Shown one piece after another: positions 42,018 to 50,771 of a stretch of 64,000 nt of DNA (positions are counted from its first letter, which is position 1; each line of letters begins with the position of its first letter). The stretch is from Candidatus Marinacidobacterales bacterium. Its GTDB lineage: Bacteria; Acidobacteriota; Vicinamibacteria; Marinacidobacterales; DATDRI01. The DNA lies in NCBI GenBank assembly GCA_965219415.1, contig OZ244742.1:192001-256000 (forward strand), read 5' to 3'. The position numbers and the translations under genes are program-made. Below the pieces are notes generated by a model. That model searched no databases, had not been told where the DNA came from, and saw nothing but the letters and a program-made list of their open reading frames with translations.

Positions 42018-42971
42018 TTGCCTGACAAGAATGACAAGCGTTTCCTAATCACCGGCGCAGCGGGCTTCATCGGCTCTCATCTCGTCGACTATTTGCTCGG
42101 CAAAGGCCATGCCGTCATCGGGATGGACAACTTCATCACCGGCAACCGGTCCAACTTGGCACACGTGGAAAGAGGGGCGTTCACCCTCATCGAGCACAAC
42201 GTCACGGAAGAGATCGAGATCGATGGGCCCCTCGACTACATCCTTCATTTTGCGAGCCCGGCGAGCCCCATCGACTACCTGGAGCTCCCGATCCAAACGC
42301 TCAAAGTTGGTTCTCTAGGAACCCACAAGACGCTCGGATTGGCACGAGCCAAAGGGGCAACTTATTTGCTCGCCTCCACCTCGGAGGTCTATGGCGACCC
42401 CTTGGTTCATCCCCAGACGGAGGATTACTGGGGAAACGTAAACCCTATCGGCCCGCGGGGGGTTTACGATGAAGCGAAGCGATTCGCCGAGGCGATGGCG
42501 GTCGCTTACCATCGATATCACGGCATCGACGTCAAGATCGCCCGGATCTTCAATACCTATGGCCCTCGCATGCGTGTAAAAGATGGACGGGCGATCCCCG
42601 CCTTCATCAGCCAAGCCCTTCAAGGCGAGCCGCTGACTGTGTTCGGCGAGGGGAACCAGACGAGGAGCTTTTGTTACGTGAGCGATCTCGTCGAAGGTCT
42701 CTATCGCCTACTCACCTCGGACTTCAATGAGCCGGTAAACCTGGGTAACCCGAGCGAGATGACCATTCTTCAGCTCGCGGAAACGATTCAACGGCTCGCT
42801 GGTGCCCCGGTGGGCATCGAGCTCAAACCATTGCCGGTCGACGATCCGAAAGTGCGTCAACCCGATGTCGCTCGAGCCCAAACGATCCTCAACTGGCAGC
42901 CCGGGGTGACACTCGAAGAAGGCCTAGCCCACACCCTCGAGTACTTCCGCAAAAAACTCGGACTCTCCTAA
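42018..42971 (+). CDS. UDP-glucuronate decarboxylase family (UXS-like) SDR
   Basis: [41 protein letters not shown]. Confidence 0.92.
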   Translation: MPDKNDKRFLITGAAGFIGSHLVDYLLGKGHAVIGMDNFITGNRSNLAHVERGAFTLIEHNVTEEIEIDGPLDYILHFASPASPIDYLELPIQTLKVGSLGTHKTLGLARAKGATYLLASTSEVYGDPLVHPQTEDYWGNVNPIGPRGVYDEAKRFAEAMAVAYHRYHGIDVKIARIFNTYGPRMRVKDGRAIPAFISQALQGEPLTVFGEGNQTRSFCYVSDLVEGLYRLLTSDFNEPVNLGNPSEMTILQLAETIQRLAGAPVGIELKPLPVDDPKVRQPDVARAQTILNWQPGVTLEEGLAHTLEYFRKKLGLS

Positions 42972-43522
42972 TCCGCTTCCCATTCTGTCATGAGTTTGCG
43001 CGCATGATAGATGTAGTGAAGGCCGGAAGCGATGGTAAGGACCACCATTAAAATCAAGAGGGCGTTAGTAAGGGGAGACGTCGCCCCTTGATAGTTGCAC
43101 CAGAAGACCCACAAGATAGTAAGCAACTGAACCATCGTAGTCGCTTTGCCGAGAAGGGTGGGTGGAAAGACTCGCTTCCCCACCGCCAAGTTGACCGAGA
43201 TGACGGTAATGAGAATGCCGGCGTCGCGACTAATCGTGAGGATGGTAATCCAGGCCGGAATGTGGACAGCTAGCGAAGGATTAGGGAGCGTCAGTACGAT
43301 GAGCGAAGCCACGACCAGGAGCTTATCCGCAAGAGGATCAAGGATAGTGCCAAGCTGCGTCCGCTCGTGGCGCACTCGCGCAAAAAGACCATCGAGCGCA
43401 TCAGTGATTCCAGCAATCGCGAACACCGCCAGGGCCCAACCAAAGTAGCCATAGATAACCAAGATCACCAGGGCGGGAACTAGGCACATCCTGAGAACGG
43501 TCAGCTGATTCGCGAGGGTCAG
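42968..43522 (-). CDS. CDP-alcohol phosphatidyltransferase (PgsA/cardiolipin synthase-like)
   Basis: [20 protein letters not shown]; conserved [10 protein letters not shown] lies upstream of the ORF-track start 43489 and begins at CTG 43522. Confidence 0.9.
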   Translation of the reverse strand: MTLANQLTVLRMCLVPALVILVIYGYFGWALAVFAIAGITDALDGLFARVRHERTQLGTILDPLADKLLVVASLIVLTLPNPSLAVHIPAWITILTISRDAGILITVISVNLAVGKRVFPPTLLGKATTMVQLLTILWVFWCNYQGATSPLTNALLILMVVLTIASGLHYIYHARKLMTEWEAD

Positions 43523-43540
43523 GCTCGTTTCCTTTCCGGG

Positions 43541-44917
43541 TCATTTCCAGGTCAAGGGAAGATTCCAAGCTCCATATACGAGCGGGCGATTTTCTCGAAT
43601 CTCCTCATACGCGCGAGCCATCTTCTCTTCGAGACCGCTGTTGACGAGCGCCTCTTCGCTTGGCGGAACTGACATTTTGCGCCGGAGACCATCGGACAAG
43701 CTCCGCCCGCTCAGTTCCTCGGCAGCCTTCAGCAGCGTTTCATTTTTTGCCTCTTCGAGCCGCTTTTGGAGCAATCCGTACCGCATGTGCGAGAGGTTTT
43801 TGCCCCATTCGAAATAGGAGACGACCACGCCGCCGGCATTCAGGTAAACATCCGGGATGATGAAGGCCCCACGATCCAACAAAATTTTCTCAGCTTCGGT
43901 AGTGGTTGGACCGTTCGCTGCCTCGGCTACGATCTTTGCTTTGACAAAGGGGGCATTGTCCCGAGTCAACTGATTCTCCAATGCAGCCGGGATCAGAATG
44001 TCGCATTCCAATTCGAGTACATCCCCGGGGTTCTCCAATCCCTTGGCTCCGGGAAAACCGATGATCCCGCCGGTCTCGTGCCGGTGCGCGTCCAAGGCCT
44101 CGATATATATTCCCTTGGGGTCTTGAACCCCGCCGTTCCACTCACCGACCGCGACAACCTTGGCCCCCGATTCGGCCAAGAACTTGGCGGCGTGATAGCC
44201 AACGTTCCCGAACCCCTGGATCGCCACGGTCTTGCCGTCCAGGCCTCGGGACATGCCAAGTTTCTTGAAATCGTTTGGGGTGTCCAGAGCCTTTTGGAGG
44301 CCGAAAGCAACCCCCCGCCCGGTGGCCTCTTTGCGCCCGCGTACTCCCCCCTGCGTCACCGGCTTGCCCGTCACGCATGCCAAATTATCGATGCCGCCAG
44401 GATGAAACGCGTCATAGGTGTCGGCGATCCAGGCCATCTCCCGTTCGCCGGTTCCTACGTCGGGAGCGGGGACGTCGATCCCTGGCCCGATGAAATTCTT
44501 CGCGATGAGCTCCGAGGTATAACGGCGGGTGATCTTCTCGATTTGTTCGCGCGAGTAGTTCTTAGGATTGAAAGAGATTCCGCCTTTCGCCCCACCATAG
44601 GGCACGTTGACGATCGCGCACTTATAGGTCATCAAAGCGGCCAGCGCGATGATTTCGTCCTGATCCACCAACTCGCTATAACGGATGCCACCCTTCGAGG
44701 GTTTGCGGTGGTGACTATGCTCCGCCCTCCATGCGTAGAAGATTTCGTAGCTATCCCCGAACTTGACTGGAAATTGAATGAAATAGATGGCGTTGCAGGC
44801 TCGGATCTGCTTGAGCAACCCCTCGGGCAAGTCCATCGCCTCAGCGGCGCGGTGGAATTGCCTAGCGACGATGTTGTTGAGGTTGAGGTCTTCCGGAGCG
44901 TCGGTGCGGGCGTTCAT
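43541..44917 (-). CDS. gdhA: Glutamate dehydrogenase (Glu/Leu/Phe/Val family), C-terminus damaged by a frameshifting deletion
   Basis: KGGIRY, GGAKGG, DVPAPD, QGFGNVG, EAANGP, NAGGVVVSYFEW; native-like tail IARSYMELGIFP-stop (43552) is out of frame. Confidence 0.9.
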   Translation of the reverse strand: MNARTDAPEDLNLNNIVARQFHRAAEAMDLPEGLLKQIRACNAIYFIQFPVKFGDSYEIFYAWRAEHSHHRKPSKGGIRYSELVDQDEIIALAALMTYKCAIVNVPYGGAKGGISFNPKNYSREQIEKITRRYTSELIAKNFIGPGIDVPAPDVGTGEREMAWIADTYDAFHPGGIDNLACVTGKPVTQGGVRGRKEATGRGVAFGLQKALDTPNDFKKLGMSRGLDGKTVAIQGFGNVGYHAAKFLAESGAKVVAVGEWNGGVQDPKGIYIEALDAHRHETGGIIGFPGAKGLENPGDVLELECDILIPAALENQLTRDNAPFVKAKIVAEAANGPTTTEAEKILLDRGAFIIPDVYLNAGGVVVSYFEWGKNLSHMRYGLLQKRLEEAKNETLLKAAEELSGRSLSDGLRRKMSVPPSEEALVNSGLEEKMARAYEEIRENRPLVYGAWNLPLTWK

Positions 44918-45289
44918 ACTATTAGTCAGGTATTAGTCCGGCGTTGACAACAGTTTGAGGGCCCCGGGAGGCCCACCCCCCCGCGGAGCCACTAATGATA
45001 AGGAGTCCGGCCCGGAGAATCAATCCTTCTGGTCACGCGGATTTCGTACCCGTGCGGCTGTCGTACCGTGCCGGGCGTCAAAATGGGCGGTGCCAGCAAT
45101 CAAGCTCGCCAGACGCCACTTTCATCGGTGGGAATTTTCGACCCTTCAACTAACCCTTCCAAAGGATGCGGTTCCGTCGTATACTACCCGGACCCAGTTT
45201 CCAAGCTACACGTTCTGCGACGCGCCGACACCCGTGGACTATCGGCCTGTTCGCAAGATGGAGTTGACTTGCGAGTGCCAGGAGTACGA

Positions 45290-45721
45290 ATGGCGAGAGT
45301 CAAAATCGTCAAGTGCTACCTTCGCTCCCCGGGCGAGGCGCCCTCCATGCGTTTCGTTCCGCTACGAGAGTTCCCCCTCTGGCGGTACTACATGATCCAT
45401 CGTCACGCGAAGATTGTCGAGGGCGAGGAGATCTCGATCTGGATCGACGCCGACACGTATGGCTCGGAGCCCCCGAAGCAGGCTCGTCCCCTAGAGCCGG
45501 TCCTCCGCGTGGACCTCCACTTTTGGGACTCCCGGTTCCGCACGACCGTTCTCGTACAGCGGTACTTCCCCCTCGAAGACTACGAGTCCATCCGGGACGC
45601 CTTCCTCGGACATTATCCGGATACTTCCGGTCCTCCGGGTCACCCTGACTCCCGTCGTCGGGTCCAAGAAGTTAAGGGCTACTTCCTGCTCCCGAGACCA
45701 CCTTACACACCTGACGCCTGA
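45290..45721 (+). CDS. Hypothetical protein
   Basis: AGGAG SD + ATG 45290 within ORF 45068..45721; globular, aromatic-rich composition. Confidence 0.65.
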   Translation: MARVKIVKCYLRSPGEAPSMRFVPLREFPLWRYYMIHRHAKIVEGEEISIWIDADTYGSEPPKQARPLEPVLRVDLHFWDSRFRTTVLVQRYFPLEDYESIRDAFLGHYPDTSGPPGHPDSRRRVQEVKGYFLLPRPPYTPDA

Positions 45722-45732
45722 AACGGTTCGGT

Positions 45733-46677
45733 TCAGCGCGCGCCGGTAGGTGTCGACGACGCCATCACCGTCGAAATGAACTCGAGTAATACTTGCTGAT
45801 AGGTGTCCGGCTGCGTGCGATAAGCAGCGCCGTGCGTCGCGCCATCGATGACCACCAGCTCACTCATCGGGCTCTTTGCTGCCCGGTAGAGTCGCCCTTG
45901 AAGCTCGACTGGCGTTCGTTGGTCGTCACTGCCAGCGATGAATAAAATAGGTCGGTTTCCGATCTTCCCCACCGCTTTCTCCAAATCGAATTTCTCTTTG
46001 CGGAAACCGGCACGACGCTCGATAAAAAACATCAATTCGTCACCGAGCGGAAAACGTGGCAGGCCGAAGAAGAGATCGAGATGATGAGTGATCGTATGTT
46101 CGAAGGAAAGAAAGCTGCTGTCGGCGATAACCAACATGACTTCCGGCGTCTCCACCGCAGCAAGAAGAGAGGCGGCACCTCCCATCGACACGCCGAAAAG
46201 CATGATTCGATCGTCGGGATTTCTATTCTGGAGAAAACGAACCCCTCCCTGGACGTCGAAGCGCTCCTTGAAGCCGAGCGTAACTCGCTCGCCCCCACTC
46301 TCTCCGTGCCGGCGAGAATCAAGGAGCAGTACATTGAACCCTGCCCGGTGAAGGAAGACCCCGCGATCGAGTACCTCGCGCCGCGACCGGAAGAGTCCGT
46401 GCGCGCATACTACCGAGGCACCGCGATCCCCACCTCCGAGATACCAACCTTTCAGTGGAATCCCGTCGGACGACACGAAGGAGACTTCCTCGAAGGCGAT
46501 GTCGAAGTCCGCGGGGCTGGATGTGAGCTCCAAATCCATCGGACGAGTTCTCAACGTCGTTATGAAGTGTGCCAACGAGTAGGGCACCACGAAGAAGACC
46601 AGAACGAGGCTCAGTACGACCAGCGTCAAAAGACCCCATTGCAGGAGTCGAAACAACAATCGTCGCTTCGGCTTCAT
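45733..46677 (-). CDS. Membrane-anchored alpha/beta hydrolase
   Basis: N-terminal TM, DGIPLKGW, RRHGES, GVSMGG, GATH. Confidence 0.88.
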   Translation of the reverse strand: MKPKRRLLFRLLQWGLLTLVVLSLVLVFFVVPYSLAHFITTLRTRPMDLELTSSPADFDIAFEEVSFVSSDGIPLKGWYLGGGDRGASVVCAHGLFRSRREVLDRGVFLHRAGFNVLLLDSRRHGESGGERVTLGFKERFDVQGGVRFLQNRNPDDRIMLFGVSMGGAASLLAAVETPEVMLVIADSSFLSFEHTITHHLDLFFGLPRFPLGDELMFFIERRAGFRKEKFDLEKAVGKIGNRPILFIAGSDDQRTPVELQGRLYRAAKSPMSELVVIDGATHGAAYRTQPDTYQQVLLEFISTVMASSTPTGAR

Positions 46678-47870
46678 GCTTTGGGCTCTTCCACCAGCAA
46701 GAGCAGCAGCGCCGCCACCAGGCTAAAAATTGCTGCAAGGATGCATACCGCCCCGAATCCACGGCTAGAGAAAAGAGGACCGCCCACAGCCGCGGCGGCC
46801 GCGATGCCTAGCTGGGAAAGTGTGTTCCTCAAAGCCACGTACGAGCCCCGCGCTTCGCGACTTACCAACTCCGTAACCAGCGATTGCAAGGGGGCCATGC
46901 GGGAAGCGGCCGCCAAACCGACCAACCCCAGTCCTACGTAAAGTCCGACTCCGCCGCCCAAGCTCGGGACGATCAACACCAGAACGGCGAGAGCCACACT
47001 CCCCCAAAGAGCTACGGTGCGCTTCCCTATCCGATCCGAGATCGGCCCCGCTGCCAGCGCCCCTATCAGAGCGGCCCCTCCACTAAGGAGGAAGACCATG
47101 CCGCGAGTGGTCAGAGAAAAATCAAACTCGCTACTGAGGTACGCGAAGAGGTATACCGTGAAGCCGGTGATACCACCGGAGACAAAAAAGGCGGAAAGAG
47201 CGACGGCAGCCGTCACCTTGTTCCTCAGAAATCCGAAGTAGTTCCGTGAGGCCTCGGACACCCAGTAGCTCCGATCGCTGGTGTTCGCAGTGGGTGACTC
47301 CGTGAACCAAACGGACAAGGCTAACGAGAACACAACCGCGGCAGTAGCAAATAGTAAGTAGAGGGTTCGCCACTCGAATTCTTCCGCGAGCCAAGATGCG
47401 ACCGGCACACCCAGCATTGGAGCGACGACATACGCAGACGCGACCCAGCTCATGGCACGGCCCCGCCGCTCGTAGGGAACTCGGTCGGCAATCGAGGCGA
47501 CCACCAAAGCGGAGATGACGCCCGCCGAAGCCCCAGCCAAGAATCGAGCTCCGACGAAAAAAGAAAACAAATCAGCGAAGAACACGGCCAGACTCGCCAA
47601 ACCGAAGCTCATGCCCGCCGCGATCAGGAACGGCCTCCTCGGCGCTCGGTCGGACAAGGGACCTATGGTGAGCGCGGCCAGAGCCGCTGCCAAGGCATAT
47701 CCGGAGATGGTTAGTCCTACCCGCGCGGCTCCAACGCCGAAGCTCGACGCGATCTCGGGAAGTATCGGAGCCAAGATCTGGTTATCCACCAGCCCGAGCG
47801 TCAGCAGTCCGATAAGAGAAGCCACGATCTTCCCTGGGAACGACTGGATGGTTTGTTTCGATGGCGTCAC
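46674..47870 (-). CDS. MFS transporter
   Basis: About 12 TMs; GPLSDRAPRR and GPISDRIGKR motif A. Confidence 0.9.
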   Translation of the reverse strand: MTPSKQTIQSFPGKIVASLIGLLTLGLVDNQILAPILPEIASSFGVGAARVGLTISGYALAAALAALTIGPLSDRAPRRPFLIAAGMSFGLASLAVFFADLFSFFVGARFLAGASAGVISALVVASIADRVPYERRGRAMSWVASAYVVAPMLGVPVASWLAEEFEWRTLYLLFATAAVVFSLALSVWFTESPTANTSDRSYWVSEASRNYFGFLRNKVTAAVALSAFFVSGGITGFTVYLFAYLSSEFDFSLTTRGMVFLLSGGAALIGALAAGPISDRIGKRTVALWGSVALAVLVLIVPSLGGGVGLYVGLGLVGLAAASRMAPLQSLVTELVSREARGSYVALRNTLSQLGIAAAAAVGGPLFSSRGFGAVCILAAIFSLVAALLLLLVEEPKA

Positions 47871-48130
47871 AGAGGTGTTCAGGCGAGCCTGTCTCGGGCG
47901 GGAGTCGCAACTTCGCTCGGATCATTTTTGGTTGTCAAAAACGCTCCCCTCACCCATCTTGCTCGGTTGCTAGCGACGGTGATAACATTTCGCGCCATCC
48001 GCATGCACTACCGGTTCATCATCGCCCATCGCCGATGTGCCTCTTGTAAGACGCGCATCCACTTTGTTTCAACACCTGTCCAACCCACGCCATCATATCG
48101 GGTGACCTCGTTGACCGCCAAAGGGAAACA

Positions 48131-49366
48131 GTGGCTAACTCGGCGCAAGTCCGGCATGACCCTAGGGAATTCCTTCCCACTCGAGACCCGGTGACCGCAG
48201 CCGCTCGACCGAAACCCACCGTTTACCAACTCGCGCTTGCCTTTTTGCGCATCGGCGCCACCGGTTTTGGAGGCGGGATGGCGGTACTGAGCCTCATCGA
48301 GCGCGAGATGCAGAACCGGAAGTGGATGAGCGAGGACGATGTCTTGGAGGCTTTTGCGATCGGCCAAAGCTTGCCGGGCGCGGTCGCCGCCAACACTACC
48401 GCCTTCATCGCCATGCGCCTCTGCGGTTGGCTCGGAGCCGCTCTCTCGACGATGACGTTCATCTTGCCGTCGTTCCTTCTTATGCTCGCGGCCGCTCTCG
48501 CTTATCCCTATTTTCGCGACCTACCGCGCATGGATGCACTCTTCGAGGGACTGACCGCAGCCGTCGTCGGTCTCATACTGGCCCTGACATTGAACTTGGG
48601 TCAAAGAGCCATCAAGTCGGTGTGGAGTTTCAGCCTGGCCGCCCTCTCTTGCGGGCTGTTGGTTCTGTCCGGCACCGCCGCCATCGAGGTCATCTTGTTG
48701 GCGGGGCTTATCGGGATCTTCGCCGACTCGTTTCAAGAGAACCGCAAGCGACGGGTCAAGAAGAAAAAGAAAACCGACGACGAGCCACCGACCTTATTCT
48801 GCTTTCTTCCTTGGGCCCTAGTCCTCCTAGCCGGCGCAGGCGTCCTCTGGGAGATCACACGCGTTTTTCTGACCGCGGGAGCCATCACCTTCGGCGGCGG
48901 TTTCGTGATGATCCCCTTGCTCGAGCACGAGGTGGTCACTCAGGCCGGGTGGCTCACCAGTCTGGAATTCGCGGACGCCATGGCTTTAGGACAAGTGACT
49001 CCCGGTCCGGTCGTCATCACCGCCACGTTCATCGGCTTCAAGGCGGCTGGGCTCGCGGGCGCCATCGTCGCCACCTTGGCGATTTTTTTCCCCTCGTTTC
49101 TGCTTGCCTCTTCGGCGGCCCGCTACTTGGATCAATTCCGCACCAATCGCCAGGTCAATGCCTTTTTAAAGGGTCTCGCGCCGGCGGTCTTGGGGATGTT
49201 GCTGGCCGCGGCGATCAGCTTGGGGAGAGCCGGGATCGTTGGTCCGGTGGGACTGGTCATCGCCGGTCTTTCTTGCGCCGCGTTACTTTGGCTGCGTCCC
49301 AACCCGGCCTGGGTGGTCTTTGTGGCCGGAGCGGCACGGTTGGTCCTGAGCTCTATGGGCGTGTAG
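48131..49366 (+). CDS. chrA: Chromate efflux transporter (long-chain CHR)
   Basis: Two CHR halves: GFGGG..QSLPG and TFGGG..QVTPGP. Confidence 0.88.
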   Translation: MANSAQVRHDPREFLPTRDPVTAAARPKPTVYQLALAFLRIGATGFGGGMAVLSLIEREMQNRKWMSEDDVLEAFAIGQSLPGAVAANTTAFIAMRLCGWLGAALSTMTFILPSFLLMLAAALAYPYFRDLPRMDALFEGLTAAVVGLILALTLNLGQRAIKSVWSFSLAALSCGLLVLSGTAAIEVILLAGLIGIFADSFQENRKRRVKKKKKTDDEPPTLFCFLPWALVLLAGAGVLWEITRVFLTAGAITFGGGFVMIPLLEHEVVTQAGWLTSLEFADAMALGQVTPGPVVITATFIGFKAAGLAGAIVATLAIFFPSFLLASSAARYLDQFRTNRQVNAFLKGLAPAVLGMLLAAAISLGRAGIVGPVGLVIAGLSCAALLWLRPNPAWVVFVAGAARLVLSSMGV

Positions 49367-49418
49367 TGGTTGCTCCCCGTTGTCGTGATGATTTCCATCG
49401 AGGATATGAAGGGGCCGC

Positions 49419-50561
49419 TCACGGGCCGTTCGAAACTCCCTCTAGACTGGACAGACGATCTTGCAGCGCGAGCCTTTCCTTGGGCAGATCCGATGGGACG
49501 AGAGCAATCGCCTTTCGCAAGGGATCGACGGCCTCCCGTCGCCAGCCGTTTCGCAAGTAGAGCTCGGCAATCCAAGAGAGATATTCCCAACGATTTTCCT
49601 CGTCGGTGATCATGAGCCGATCGCAGGCGGCCAGTCCAGCGTCCACGTCCAACTCTCTTTCGAGTACGAGCATCGCCAGCTCACGGTTATAGTCGACCAC
49701 GTCGGGAAGTATGGAGCACGCTTGCTTCAAGAGGCGAAGAGCGGCCGGGTCGTCTCCTTCTTCCCTCAAGAGCCTGCCCGCTTCGAAGTACGCGTCAGGA
49801 AAACCGCTGTCTCGTTCGACGGCTTCCCGGAACCGTGCGAGAGCCTCCCCTCGCCTCCCCTGGCCCGCCAGGGACCGGCCGAGAAGGAAGACCGACTCGG
49901 CCCCCGCCTCCTGACGATCGAGCAACGGGAGAAGCACCTTCCCCGCGTCTTCATACTTGCCAAGTTGAATCAAAACCGCACCCAGTAGATTCGACGCCTC
50001 GAGATCCGACCGCGCCAGGCTGCGGGCCTTTTCGAGCTCCGCCCGCGCCGCATTCATATCCCCGGTCATACTCAATGCTCGTGCAAGCTCTAGATGAAGC
50101 ACGAACGTTGGACGCAACTTGCGTCCCGCTAGACGGAGCAGCTCGATGGCTCGTGCCGGTTCTCCTTGGACGAGAGCCACGTACCCCGCTTCGAACTCCG
50201 ACCCTAGCCCCCGATACATTGCAGCCCGGTCGGGCGCTTTCTCGGCTATCGCAAGTTCGAGAAGATCATTCATGTCCGGTACGAACGGCCGGTCCTCTTC
50301 GGTGCTCGCTGAGGCTAGATGGGATGGCGATCCGATGCTCGGCCCCTCCTGCATCCGGTCGAACGGCTCTCCCGTTCGTACCGAGCATTCTCGAATGAGG
50401 GCGTCCATGGTGGCAAGGCGATAATCGACTGGGGCGAGAGTGGAGCGCGCTCTTTCATACGCTCGCTTCGCTCGATGAAAATCCCCGGCGAGGAAGTAGC
50501 GGTCCCCACGATGCTTGATTCTGTCGAAGCCGACGACCGCGTCGAAGAGCCGCATCCACAC
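49419..50561 (-). CDS. Tetratricopeptide repeat protein
   Basis: Successive TPR-like helical repeats (LGAVLIQLGKYEDA, LGRSLAGQGRRGEA). Confidence 0.8.
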   Translation of the reverse strand: MWMRLFDAVVGFDRIKHRGDRYFLAGDFHRAKRAYERARSTLAPVDYRLATMDALIRECSVRTGEPFDRMQEGPSIGSPSHLASASTEEDRPFVPDMNDLLELAIAEKAPDRAAMYRGLGSEFEAGYVALVQGEPARAIELLRLAGRKLRPTFVLHLELARALSMTGDMNAARAELEKARSLARSDLEASNLLGAVLIQLGKYEDAGKVLLPLLDRQEAGAESVFLLGRSLAGQGRRGEALARFREAVERDSGFPDAYFEAGRLLREEGDDPAALRLLKQACSILPDVVDYNRELAMLVLERELDVDAGLAACDRLMITDEENRWEYLSWIAELYLRNGWRREAVDPLRKAIALVPSDLPKERLALQDRLSSLEGVSNGP

Positions 50562-50771
50562 GATCGGGATTCTAGCACGCGGTTTCTCGTAGAAACGTGT
50601 TACGCGGCGGGAACGGGTGTGGCACCCACTTACACCGTGCCACCAACCAAGGTGGTTCGAGACGCCGGACGGCCCTTCGGTTGCTCGGGTTTTGGAGTAT
50701 ATTGAAACCCTTCGATCTGCTCGGAGTGGTTGGACTGGGCCGTCCCGACTGGCGTTTCGAGCATCCTACAT

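Noticed and set aside
43766-44947. 393-aa antisense ORF over gdhA, and similar long shadow ORFs (9767..10951, 48322..49560, 54927..55976)
   Set aside because: Expected by-product of high-GC codon bias opposite or overlapping real genes; no recognisable motifs
47960-48060. Fluoride riboswitch-like GGCGATG motif near the MFS/chrA genes
   Set aside because: The remaining conserved elements and pairing could not be identified
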